Source: Zygnema circumcarinatum SAG 698-1b
Taxonomy: Eukaryota > Plantae > Zygnematophyceae
Length of the DNA: 64,000 nt
Assembly (NCBI GenBank): GCA_037447605.1
Contig: CM074808.1
Span: 1,116,001 to 1,180,000, forward strand
Reading direction: 5' to 3'
The position numbers and the translations under genes were made by a program. The notes below the pieces were generated by a model that searched no databases, was not told the origin of the DNA, and worked only from the letters and a program-made list of their open reading frames with translations. Position 1 is the first letter of the stretch. Every line of letters starts with the position of its first letter. Below, piece after piece: positions 1-22,018 of this stretch.

Positions 1-3000
1 AACACAGTCAGTTCCATCAAGTACAGCATTTGCAACATCAGTGGCCTCTGCGCGAGTCGGGCGAGGTGACTTGATCATAGACTCCAACATCTGTGTGGCA
101 GTAACCACCGGCTTTCCTGCAAAAGAGGTCAATAAGCTGTCAGATGTCCAGATGTGGCTGAGCAAACAGTGCCGATTTTGACATTTTGCTGAAGGACTTG
201 AAAGCGAAAGTTCAATAAAGCTTAGAGTCTCCCATACCTGCAGAATTGCACTTGTGAATCATCATCTTCTGGGCCAAGAAAATCTTTTCTGTTGGAATCT
301 CCATTCCCAAATCGCCGCGAGCAACCATGATGCCATCAGACTCACGCAAAATGTCATCAAAGTTAACTAAACCCTCCTGGTTTTCTACCTGCGACAAGGT
401 CATACAAACATATGCACAATCCAGATTCAGTGATATGGACACAAAGTGGGTAGATTGCGTCGACTGTCTCGTGTCTCTGACATGATTGAACGCTCAGAAG
501 AACAAAGGGAGATTACGTATAATGGACCCAGGTGACGACTCAAACTTGACAACGATAAGTATCAGGCGATTCTACTGAAAATAGCTATTAGCAGAATATT
601 GCAGGTGAGTACATATGTTGAAGAAAGCGTGAGTGCGTACAGCAAGAAAACAACAACATCACTAAGAGCAAGATACTCAGAGGAACTTAGTACATAACAA
701 CAACTCGCAGCTAAATAGAGTACCAGACAATTGCTGAGTAAGTTCACTGTCATCCAAAGAAGTGAAGTTGTCCAAAATCTAAAACTTCCAAATGCAAGTG
801 AGCAACGTCAGAAGAACTAGAGGCATAGTTTGCATAGTAAAAGGGCCTCCACTATTAACGTGCATCCCTCCAGACCATCTTCGATCAGGAATCTCACAAT
901 AGACAGTTTAAGTGTGGTAAGACATGACATTTTCAGACTTATTTCTACTCACTGGAGCCTTACCTTTGATATGATCTGGATCGTTTTTGCATGGGGGCCC
1001 AGCAACTCCCGAATATTTGTGAGGTCAGAGCCCTTTCGCACAAAAGATGCAGCAATAAAATCGATTTTATTTGGCACTCCCCAGTCCAAAATGTCCGACT
1101 TGTCCTTCTCGGTTATGGTTGGCAGGTCTACAACCACACCAGGCAGGTTCACGTTCTTGCGCTCCCCCAGCATCGCTGTATTTTCACAGCGGCACTTCAC
1201 CATGCTGCTCTCAGACATCCAGAAATTACACAAACGCCTGTCGGTTATGTCAGGAGCAGATCATTCAAAGGATCACTGTGCCAGTCGTCCATACTAACAT
1301 GTTGAAAATAGCTGTATTGTTCATGCAACTAGCATGATTAAATGACTTTCTAAAAGAGCTGGCTGAGTACTCCCAGAACCCAAACTATTAAGGGTCTCAA
1401 AAAACCTCTCAAGTGGGAAAAATACAAAAAAGTAAAAACAGTGCTTCCGGAAAAGACGAATGCAAAAACCTGCCAAAATTGCAGAAGACTCGCAAACACC
1501 CGATGAGTTATCTGTGATCTATAGCACATTATGACCTAAACGGAACACTTAGTCCTGCAGTCAGTCCTGTCCCTGTCCTTTTGTCATGAAAACCCAGTGA
1601 AGACCAACATGCTGCCTCAAGTCTGGTCTTTGAACCATACTGCTATCAGCCTGCTCAATAAATCTTCATAAGTTTGATGCCAGAATTCTCACCCTTTCTC
1701 TGGGTGGCAGGACAGAACGTTGAGTGTGATGCTTCCATCTGCACAAAGAATGCTCATTCCCGGTTTAACGTGTTCCGCCAGTTTCGGATAACTCATGCAG
1801 ATCGTCTCCGTGTCTCCTATAAGGTTGTAATCTGTACTGATATTGATTTCCATGCCAGCCTTCAATAGAATCGGCCGTCCATCTTTCAGCATGCCCGTTC
1901 GAATCTCAGGACCCTGACCATGCAACAATGCAAAACTATGTTAAGACGAGTAGCTCTGGAAACAGGAAAAAGCACAGCCTATGGCCATCAGCCATGGGCT
2001 CCAAAAATACTGAACTACGACAATCTCAGGCATGCAACTGGTGTGCGGCAAATTCCAAGGACATCCAGCAACTAGGGATTCGCTACAGTTTAATTCTCTG
2101 AAAAGGTGGAACCCAGTCAACCGTGTTGACGGAATTACACCACGTTGAGTATAACTTAAAGTAGGAGACAGAATGCTTCAAAAGGCTAAAGGCATTAATA
2201 ATGGCAATCCCAGAGCTCAAAGCTTGCCCTCATAAGAGGGTTGCAAAACATACAATGGACCAAGAGCCATGGAAAAAGGAAGCAGAAACATTGCAGATAT
2301 CAGTAACAAGGATACAGGCTGTAAAGTTTCTGCAGCATTTCCATTCGTAATGCGGCAGATACGAAGAAAATAATAAAAAAGGTGGACCATCCCAGTTGGG
2401 GCAAAAGGTCGATGGCTGTAGTGGCTCGCTAATACGTTGAATGCGCAACGTTCATAGACCATTACCATTTTAGATGCTGCAGCAGAGGGTCCTACCGAAA
2501 ATGTATGTCTAACTGGTGTTCCTACTAAAAGCAATGATGACAGTAGGGATACAAGAAGAATGCCTGTCAATATGACAATCATTTTGCAAGGTAAAAAAGA
2601 CGGTTGTCTTTCTCACTCGAGCATTCGAGTTAGTACCAACCAGCTAGAGAATGCATCTTGTCCTTGCGTCAGTTAAAGTAGGCCAAATGGATTGAAGCTG
2701 ACCAGGCAATAAAACAGTATGCGAAAGATTTGCCTTGCTCAGGGAAGCATTTTATAGAGAACAAAAGTTTTCATGACAGGCTTATACGTATGTCACATGA
2801 CAAGCGACAAGTCATGCAGATACTCCAAAGTTGACTGTAGCTGACCCATGATAGCCAAGATTGTGGTATGTCGGGCTATTCCCAAGAGAGCAATCGGCCA
2901 GACGAGCAGTAAAGTTCCAAAAAATAACCAAATCTTGCTATCAATGTAACAGCCAGTAAGAACAGATCCAGTAAAAACAATCTCTGAAGTCACGTCAAAT

Positions 3001-3351
3001 GAAAAAAAAAAAAAACCGCATTCAATAAGATAAATGCTAGATAAAGGAGCTCTAGGCTCGTTCACAGCAGCAAGTCAGCATTCCCTCCGTTTTCACCTTT
3101 GTATCCAGCAGCACTGCACACATGATCTGAGTGGATTGCATCGCTTCCCTCAAGTTCTCAAGAGTCTCTCTGTGATAGTCATGAGTCCCGTGCGAAAAGT
3201 TGAACCGCGCGACTGCCATTCCGGCCTGAAGGAGCTTCTCCAGCACGGGCACCTCTCTGGACTTGGGCCCAAGCGTGCAGATGATCTTCGTCTTGGCAAT
3301 GGGATGCGGGTGGCCATGGATGATGGCATCGATGTCCACTTTGGAAGTCAT
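1..3351 (-). CDS. PK: Cytosolic-type pyruvate kinase, multi-exon, 3' part beyond the left edge
   Basis: Seen: exons encode [13 protein letters not shown]...[11 protein letters not shown]...AVLLDTK (ATG 3351), GPEIRTG...ILCADG (~1920-1690), [16 protein letters not shown]...[11 protein letters not shown] (~1290-960), [15 protein letters not shown] (~390-245) and [10 protein letters not shown]...PTRAE (~120-1), with GT-AG boundaries. These are established pyruvate kinase motifs; no transit peptide is seen. Confidence 0.95.
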
Positions 3352-3797
3352 GGCTGCTCTCGGCCCCCGCTTCCCTCCCCCTCTCTCTCCTCTCTCCTCC
3401 TCCCTTAGCTCGCGCGGCAGCACAACAGTCACACCAAGGGTTAGGGCGGAAGCTAGACTGAGCCTGGCCTGAGCTTGGGGGGAGAGCGGTGGAGAGGCCA
3501 CAGCCAATGGATAGCCGCCATGTCAGCAACGGGTGCAACGTGGCAGTCTTAGCGAGTCTCTCGATGCCACGTCGGAGGAACAATTTCGGAAAGGATCACG
3601 CTATCGCTGGTGTCTAGCTGCGATTCCGCAGTTCCAGTTCCCGTTTCACGGGTATTCTTTACCAGATTCTGAGGAATTCTGTGACTGGAGGCCGTTTCGA
3701 ATTGCAGCGCTTCCATGGCCGGTTACTGTAAACTCGCAATTTTTACGGCATGGAGACAAAGACGGCCCGCATGGCCACCTGCTGCCATGGCCATGGG

Positions 3798-4182
3798 TAG
3801 GGATGGCCCGCGTTATAAATTCCGAATATATTATATAATTTACAACGGGTTTAAAAGTAGTAATATATTACAAAGTAAAACACTTTATTACATATATTAT
3901 ACCCACTCGTTTTGAACAATTCCCGACCGTACTCGTACGGCCATACGGTCGTACCATGCCAAAATTAGGTCGTTTTGGCGTTGGCGTTGCGAAATGCGTC
4001 CGTCTGGTTCACTGTCTGCTCGTGCATCCGTACCGCATAATACCGTACAGTCGTTTGGTCGTACGACCGTCGGACCGTACATGTTGTAAAGGCGTTGTAA
4101 ATTAATATATATCAGCCGTTATCTAGTCGTCACAGTTGTATAATATAATATATATTATATAGTCGTAACTAATCCATCCCTA
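3798..4182. mobile_element. hAT-type non-autonomous element (MITE), 385 bp
   Basis: Seen: perfect 9-bp TIR TAGGGATGG (3798-3806) / CCATCCCTA (4174-4182), exact 8-bp flanking direct repeat GCCATGGG (3790-3797 and 4183-4190), AT-rich subterminal arms and an interior rich in CCGTAC/GTACGG. Established: an 8-bp TSD with (T/C)AGGGATG termini is diagnostic of Ac/hAT elements. Confidence 0.87.
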
Positions 4183-4990
4183 GCCATGGGCCGCTGCCAT
4201 GGATTTGGATCCATGGCCTTTTGCAGCGGAGACTTTTCTGTGGAGATGAGCAGCAAGAGGATGCGCGGACCAACAGCCAACGGTTGGCGGCGAGTCCGGC
4301 GAGTGCCGACTTTTGTCACAACTTCTACGGGCTGTACGTGTCTCGTATTCCTTACATATTTAAAATCTATATAATATTGTTAATAATTCTTCATAATTTT
4401 ATTCGTTTAAAATACCGCGTTTAAAATCGATTATTTATAAACTAAAATTCTATTTTCGTACGACCGGCCATTCCTATGAACAACACACGGCCCTCCACAC
4501 CACGCCCACAACGTTGTCATTGCACAACAACGCTCCATAGCGCTCCATGACAAGGCACGACGACGCTCCAAGACCCGCCCACAACGTCTTCCATGCACAA
4601 TGTGTTGTTGTACTTGGAGCGATCGCCTAGCGCTAGCTCTGAAGGGCCGCTAGCGACTAACTGCCAGCATGGAAACCGTTCCTGGAGTAAACTGACGTCA
4701 GTTCCGTAATGCCGCACTGAACTGCTCGCATGTGCCCAGGCTGCGCTCCTTTTAAAACCGCGGGCGCCGAACGGGAAAGGGAGAGAGAGGCTTGCAACGG
4801 CGGGCGTTCACGTTCACGTTCAGCGGATTTGGGCCACATTGGACTCCCGGAAGGAGGAGGCAAATTCTGCAGAATACAGACACATACTAAAGCTCCTATT
4901 GACATGCTTTCCATTTTTGGGTGTATTGGATGTTCAGAGTGGAATCCCTGCAGTAGATCTTGAAGTCGAACACAATTGCAAGAGTCGGGA

Positions 4991-7434
4991 ATGGACTCGA
5001 TATGTTTTGATAGACTTAGCCTCAAAGCAAGAATCTTAATATGTTCTATTGCAATTTTTGGGTTTTGTTTGAAGGTTTCAGCCGCAGCCATTGACACAAA
5101 TCCAGTCTTCAGCCCCTGCGGTCCGTCTGCAGAAATTCAGAGGGGCGATGGTTTCACGTTTGCCATCGCCTTTGGCGCAGAGTCACGCTCGTGGGGAAAT
5201 GTTTCGCTGTGCGATGCAGAATCGTTTGCTGTAAGTACCTCATCAATGTGAGTTCTGAAAGCTGTAGACGGTGGATTTCCAGGATTAATTTCTCTCTCTG
5301 AAACCAAGAGTAAGAAGGCTACAATGAACGATTTAGCTCGTGCATTTCGCTACGATCCATGTTCTTTCTTTTTCTAAGAAAACCAGGCTTTCCGAGCACG
5401 ACTTGGATTCTTAGCATGCTATCCAGTGATAGCTTAATCTCAAAGTATTGCCACTTGTGGTTTTGACGTCTACAAAATCTTGAAGTTCCGATACTCAGAC
5501 AGAGCATGAGATCATCGAAAGTTCGTGCATGCCTTTTCTGAAATCAGGGAGCGTTTCCTGGATTTTCCTTATGGGCAGAGCCTACCGACAGGTATACAGA
5601 TGGCGGTTTTCCGACCCAGGGTCGACGAATTGGCCCTCATACGAATCAACAACGTTAGCATGGCGAACATAGAGACTACAGTATGTACTTTCTGGACGCC
5701 TTGGAGAAGTCACAGCAGTCCTATAATTTCACAAATGAGTAGGTTGTCTGCTTTGCTATTTGCGTCAAGCTACTGCGGCTTAATATTTTGGCTGCCAAAT
5801 GCCTTACCTTGCATGAGACTGGCGGTCATGAATGTTGGCTCCAGTTTATAAGTCAAACGGAGGGCGATTGCATGGGCCGTTAAAGCCTAAAATGTCCATG
5901 TTGACATGCTGATGGCGGATGCAGCAGTCAGTGGTTATTGCCAGACACTCGAAACAGAGCGGGGATTGACTTGTTGACACCATGTTTATTTTTTAAGAAT
6001 TTGGACGAGTGCACGTGAAAACCTGAAATTTCGTGTCTTGTAACTCGTAAGCGAAGCAGGCAGGGATCGACTTTTGTCTGTAGCTTATGTACAATCATAG
6101 CTAGTTTCCACTGGTGATCGACCAACTCTAATGCACTTTGCTTGGCAAAGCACAAACGTTATAGTCGTCATCGTATATGCCACTATCTGGAACCTTGACA
6201 ACCATGTGTCTCTTTGTGCTTGGCGGATTCCATTAGTTCCCCGAAAGCTCTTTGGTGGTGTACTCCGGCGAGAATGGCAGCGTTTCCTCCGTACCACGGC
6301 TCTTCTTAAGCGAAGAGGTCAGTTGTGAGATGTTCAACTCGATTTGGAACCAAGCAAGGCTGCAGCTTCACGGGTACATGCCCGTGCTAATGCCAATAGA
6401 AGTTGCACAAAAACCTCTCCCGACGTCGTTGGAGAATTGTAGACTTCGATTTGAGCTCGTCTTCGTTGGAGTGGATACGGAGCTGGCACCAGAAATCAAC
6501 CTCGCAATGCCTCAGTAAACAGTAACTTGATTCATCTACAATAGAGCTTAATCTCCTATGACGAATTGCGTAGCGGCTTTATGTTTCAGATGCTGAGCTT
6601 TTTGCGAAGAACAGTAGAAGGATGGAGGCGCAAATGTTCTGTGTCTGAACTTGAAACTTTCCGCCCTGCGCAGGGCCGAGTTCCTTCTCTGATACTGATA
6701 CTCAACTTTCTGCAAGGGGTCCTTTCTGAATTTCTCTGGTGAGCAACTCGTAGTGAGCTATACAGGAAGAAAATTCCACTGCCTCGAGTTAGCCGCATCA
6801 GGTTTTTTAACTTCAAAGTTTTAGCTGTAGCAATGTGGTCAGATCCTTTAGCTACCCAAACAAAACGCCCGTGCTACGTATTCACTGTCCCCTCCTCGGG
6901 GTTCACATGACCGGGTAAAAAATCTGGCTTTGACAACCTTATGTCAGGAAACGTTTGTTTCTGACGACATGGCACAGGAAAGACTTTGGATGCGGAACAA
7001 GCTCGGGATGCGATTCAAGCAGCCTGTGCTTCGATGGCGTGAATTGTGCCCTTCCTACGAGCCAATGCGGACTCTCCTCCGACCCTGACGCATGCCGCCT
7101 TGCAGTATGACCCTAGAATCCCTAATTTTCCTAGAGAAGATTTTGCGGCACTACGATCAGTGAAGTTTTGGGCCTCAGATTGCGAACTTGCTGCAGTTTA
7201 ACATGCCAAACTTGTCAGGGATGTCCTCATTTCACGTTTCATGGCATGGGTGGGTTGCAGATATACGTGGCGTTCTCTGGCACAGACAAGCACGACGCGG
7301 TGCTGAGCTCATACTTGGAGGTGCAAGAGATCGACAACTACTCCTTAACGGACCTTTACAAGTCTGCGAGCACTGAAGTGATAAACAATGCGGGCATAGA
7401 CGAGGACAACGTGGACCAGATCACGCAAGGCTGA
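4991..7434 (+). CDS. Expp1-like secreted/membrane plant protein (At3g44150-like family), multi-exon
   Basis: Seen: signal-peptide-like MDSICF...VSAAA followed by IDTNPVFSPC...GDGFTFAIAFG (4991-5232), MAVFRPRVDELALIRIN (~5580-5680), Cys-rich WKDFGCGTSSGC...CALPTSQC...C (~6978-7105) and IYVAFSGTDKHDAVLSSY...YSLTDLY to the stop at 7434. Family call is from recalled similarity; the middle exons are uncertain. Confidence 0.75.
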
Positions 7435-7687
7435 GAGAGCCGCCTCAACTATACTCTTGAGCCTCACTAGGCGTTGCCTTACAAAGGGAATTTGAGGACT
7501 GTGGTGATGATCCCACTAACAGCCCTTTGTTTCAACACAACTGCCTATTCAAATATAGTTGCCATTGTCAGCTTCACTGGACGTCAGTCGTCGCCAAAAT
7601 CTCATGTCTTCGGCCCGCTTTCGAAGAGGCTATATAAGTGGCAGACAATACTTCAGCCAATGGATGGAAAGAACCGCTTCTACTATC

Positions 7688-17125
<9,438 letters not shown>

Positions 17126-17490
17126 TGCGCCCGCTTGCAGGAGCCAGTGCTCTGCAGGCAGCGAGGCAAGCAGGCAGAGGAAGCAAATCCGCCTCCAAAT
17201 CCTGAAGGTTTTTACTTTTTCGGACTCCCGGCGGCTGCCTTCAGAGCGGCCGCTCGCAAGCGACACATGCGAGAACGCACGCCTCAAAGGTTTCAGATTT
17301 GAGGCGGAGCTGAGGACTTGGGAGGAGTGTGGTAGTGGGGTGCATAGGGGAAGGATTTCAAGGCTGAGAGATTGCAAAGGCCAGAGGCTGTCCAGTAGTG
17401 GTATGTTGGGGAGTCTCCTGGAGTGTCGCAAGTGCAGGTTGAAGCCCTGCAACAGGCGAAAATCCTGCGTGCAGGAGGAAGCATTTCTCC

Positions 17491-20400
17491 ATGCTCCCTC
17501 GCCAATTCTTGAAGGGGCGTCCATTCAGCAGGTGGAAACACTTGTCTTGCTTTGCTGCTCACCTTTCGGAGGCGTTTGCTGGGCCTCATGACTCCATCGG
17601 GTCAAGGAACAAGGTTTGGGAGCAAATAAACAACAACGTGTCCGGTGGATGGTGGCTGCCTTTGCTAGGAAAGTGGCAAGAGCAGGTAATCAAATGCGCA
17701 GTCTCAGCTTTTCGAGGAAGCCTTGCCTCGCCCAGCTGTCATTATGCTGTCTGCAAACGCAATAGCAATATTCTGGTTACAAACGGTGGCCCAATTCCCC
17801 ATCAAACATGGCCTAGCAAGAATAGACGGAGCTTTTCTACTAATGCTCTTCACGTACCTGAGCAGTCGATCACTGTAGAGGCGAAGATAATTGATAAGTC
17901 GACTGTTGCTGCACAGCCCACATCAGCCTTGACACATGGTGCAAACGATTGTGCACATCCAACTGAATGTGTTTCGTCACAAACTTGTGAGGAATCAAAC
18001 ACATTGAATCGGACAAATGTAGATAGTCCAACTTCATCTGAAAGCAGGCAACATTTGGAAGAAAACTCGTGTGTGCGGAGAGATATTCATGCTGCCACCG
18101 AGTATGTAAATGAAAAAAAGGTGGAAGGAACTGAGCCTAGGGAGAAACCTGCCGATTCTGTTGTTTTTAGCGTAGGTGGAGTGAACTCGACAGCAGACAG
18201 TAACTCCAATGGAGATTTTGGGGAGAGAATTCAGCGGAATTCTGAAGGAGCTTTTCAAGGTCAGGAGCCAGAGAGGGCTAGTGACAATGAGATAAGCCCT
18301 ACTCCTCGAGAGCGAGACATGACTGGTGGAGATAGCGAAAGTTGGGTTGACGAGTCCAACAGCCATAATCTGCCTGATGTTGATAAGGAGCAGATACGAA
18401 TTCGTTCTGCAGCTCGAAGAGCACTTGCCAGAAGCTCATTGAATGTGCGAGGAGTTGTGTCTGTGGATCAAGAGCAGTCGGTAGAGAACCGTCTACTGGG
18501 AGGGGAGTCACCAATCAATGCAAACAATCTTGGTGCCGAAGGAGCCAAGGAACGAAGAGAAAAGCACATGGATATCGCCTCTTTAGCTGAAGCCCCAGAG
18601 GACGAGAAGCTCGAGTATAAAAGGAGAGCCGCTCACTTGACGCAAGCCATATTAGGAGGGCTTCTTGATGGGAGAAGGGTGGACGAGGATAATGAAGAAA
18701 ATTTGGTAAAGGTTATTCCTGAGAGTGAGCAGCGCTCGTTGCGGATAGGGATCATTGGAGCGCCAAATGCAGGAAAATCAGTGCTTGCAAATACTCTGGT
18801 GAGTGTTTCGATTGCTGTAGAGGTTACAACCGACGAGAGAAAATCGGACAGTCTTGGCAGTCTATGGTTGTCGTGACATTCTGCGTTCAATGTTTTCGAC
18901 CTTTCATTTGTTCGTTTATGCTTTATATCATGCCAGTCATGTTGAAGTTTCATACATGACTCCTGGGTTATAGTCAGTGGATAACGCTTTGATGGTTGTC
19001 CTTCAATTCAGAAATCCGTCGTTTAATTAAACTCTCACAGCAGATGAAGCTTGGCCGCAATTTGCTCGATTCGTTCATTTTATTTCTGTTGTATGGAAAC
19101 TCATTGGTCCGAAATGAGCTAGGGCCGACTGAGAAAAATTGGCATGAAGACGACCGAATGACAGACTAGCGCTCACTAGTTTGCAAAAATAAAAGACTGG
19201 GACCTGAGTGCCTGGGACCTGAATTTTTTCAGCTGGCAGGTAGTTCCACTTTGAGTCATTGCAGCTTGTAGAGTTTTTAAACTAGCAAACATTAACTATT
19301 CGGTATGGATGACGTGGCAATATGGTCACAGGTGGGATCAAAAATCTCGGCTGTGTCTCGGAAGACAAACACCACAAGAATGGAAATTCTGGGTGTCTCA
19401 ACCAAGGGAGATACGCAGCTGGTGAGTGCAGAAAGAAACCAGGTAGTCTAAAAACTAGTCTCTCAATGCTGCGGGAGAAATGAAATGTCTGCACTGTCAG
19501 AAATTCGTTCATCGGAGTAGGTCGGTAGGGCTAAATATCTGCTCGTTTGGTAATTCAAATGTGTGAGAAAAGCCTAAGGTCTACCCTCCAGAACTGACAT
19601 CAGTAAAGATCATAGCTTACTATGTAACTTTGAAGAGGTATACGATTGATAGAATCGTAACAGCACTAGAACAGTGACAGAATGCAAACTTGGGGTGGAT
19701 CAGGGATTACTGTGAACCATCCTCCCATGTGCCAATTCCTACGCTCTGTCTGAGTCTACAGCTCCATGGAGGTTCGTAATGGGTGCATCTAACTTAGTTT
19801 ATAGCATCTCCGAGTTTGCGTGTGTAGCTCACCTTGTGGGTGCTCCTTTAGATTGTCAAATTAAAGTAGGACGCTCGAGTATACGTCTTCCAGCAGGGTC
19901 TTCCATGTCAGGGGATCCCCCACTTTTGTCTATGAAGTTGTCCTAGAAGGGCAAGGTCTGTCTGAATATACATGGAAATCATTTTTGTCTTGGTGTGGGA
20001 GGAACAGCTATTTTATGATACACCAGGAGTGGCGCCAGAAAACCCAAACCATCCACTAAGAGTTAAGAATCGACGGATGATGTCACATGCCTGGAGGGTT
20101 ATGGAGGATTGCGAGCTATTGATTTTGCTTGTTGATGCTGAGCGTCAAACTCGAATGTGAGTTCCACTAAATCTATGCAATCTCATGTTTCTCGTTTAAC
20201 CAGAATGTTTAACAGGTCAGATTTTCAAACTGTTTTCCTACCTATGTTTGCATACTTTCTTAAGCTTGCAAAGAAAGTAAGCAAGCTTCCTTTACTTACT
20301 TAAAGGAAAGTAAAGTAAAGTAAAAGAACAAAAGAAGTACCTGAAGTACTGTTGTCTGCCGCCCAAGTCACCTCCTTCCTACCCGGATAGTCTGTGAGCT

Positions 20401-21713
20401 CATTGGTGTAACCTCAATGCTTCAATACTTCAATGCCAACCACTTCTTGTTGCTTGTGTCAGGCCTGATAGAAGAGTGGAGAGGCTCATGCAAAGAGTGG
20501 GGTCTGAGCTTCGAGCTGGCCAACGCCGTATAGCCTGCCTCAATAAGGTGGACTTACTGCGTGACAAACGCCTGCTGCTGCCTCTAGCTCAACGTCTACA
20601 GGAGCTCTATGCATTTGAGCGGTAGGGCTTCTTCAGTATGGGCCTTGTAAAAACGTCCAAAGGAACTTGTCACATTGTCCTGTGTTTCTTGGTTTTGGGT
20701 TTTCTCGGTTTTCTGGGTTGCTGTCCTTCGGAGGTGTGTGAAACTCACTCAAGAGAATCGCTCCTCTTATGTCCTGCAGGGTGTTCATGATCTCGGGCCT
20801 AAAAGGCAGTGGAATGCGTGAATTGGAGAAGCATCTCCAAGATGCGGTAGGTTCAACTTTTCCGCTTTAGAAGATGCTGTCGTCCATCATCGCCAGTCAA
20901 ATCCTATGCAGTGGTCAAGTTAAAAGTGTGGCTTTACTTTCTCAAATGCAGGCAGTGCTGCGACCTTGGGAGGAAGACCCGTCACGAGTGACGACACAGT
21001 CGCAAACTCAACTCGCAGTGGAAATTGTCCGCGAGTGTATCTTTGATCGGCTTCATCAGGTACGTTAGGCTCCTTTACAGAGTGCCAATGCGTCTATAAA
21101 TTATAGAGAAAATGAACACCTTCACTGCTTGGAAGTTGTTCATTGGTTGATCCCAGGCAAAACAAGGACGACCGTTCTCGACTTAAGAAGAACTTTGCTC
21201 TCGGATGAAGCTAACGCTGCAGGTGGTCTGAACTGCAGGAATTGCCATACACTGTGGAGCAGCTTCCCTTGTCACATCGCCGGCTATCAGATGGTTCTCT
21301 GCGCATAGAACAAGTCCTGCTCGTTGCCAATGAGACGCAGCGAGCTGTAGTGGTGGGCAGTCAAGGAGAGACTATAAGGTACCGCTTCTGAATCCTGGAG
21401 TTAGTGGATGTTGCATCACTGTGTCATGGAGAAATACATACTGTAATGTCCAAATCACTAATTGATTATCTCTATCTGCCTGGGAGTGGCACGTCCTAAA
21501 ACCCATAGCTTTCCAGCTTTGAAGCCCACATTGGTGGCATGATCGTCTTTGCGGCTTTGCTCATCGGGTTGAAGCATGACAACGTCTGATTGGAGAGCTT
21601 GCACATGTGATGCTTGCAGGCAGATCGGAATAGCTGCAAGAAAGCAGCTTGAGACAATTTTCAACGAAAAAGTGCACTTGGTTCTTCAAGTAAAGAGTGC
21701 ACGAAAGCGTTGA
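17491..21713 (+). CDS. ERA: Era-family GTPase (organellar, ERG/ERAL1-like) with KH domain and long N-terminal extension, 8 exons
   Basis: Seen: G1 GAPNAGKS, G2 VSRKTNTTR, G3 DTPG, G4 NKVD, G5 ISGLKG, then RECIFDRLHQ|ELPY and KH-like RIEQVLLV...VVGSQG...QIGIAARKQLETIFNEKVHLVLQVK* (stop 21711-21713). Confidence 0.92.
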
Positions 21714-22018
21714 GTTTGAGAGGCTAGAATTAGGTCACCCATATTCGAGAGTGCAGCTGGTGTGCACATAGAGGCAGCGTTGTGGATTAGGGTTGATTCA
21801 TTGTGCTGTTCATGACATAATTTTCCGTAATGAAAACGCGTGCAGAGTAATGGCGCAGTTTGAAAGATTTCCTCTGAAGTAAACAACCGAGCCTCAGACG
21901 CACGTCTTGTGAAGCCTTTTAACTCAAAAGTTACATATATAAAAAAGATATGTAAGCCTAGCGTCTGGGAGAATCTTTGCCAGTCCCCTTCAACGCTGAG
22001 AAGGCAGTTCTGCCTCTC

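Noticed and set aside
3352-3507. Apparent 52-aa N-terminal extension on pyruvate kinase (possible targeting peptide)
   Set aside because: The ORF-track start at 3507 is TTG, not ATG. The stretch is the GA-rich leader, and ATG 3351 has the typical context.
4330-4476. Possible second hAT MITE ending ...GGCCATTCCTA
   Set aside because: One degenerate TIR only; no matching left TIR or 8-bp TSD could be found.
5900-6820. Several 60-90 aa ORFs within the Expp1-like gene
   Set aside because: No recognisable motifs or consistent splice structure; most likely intron sequence.
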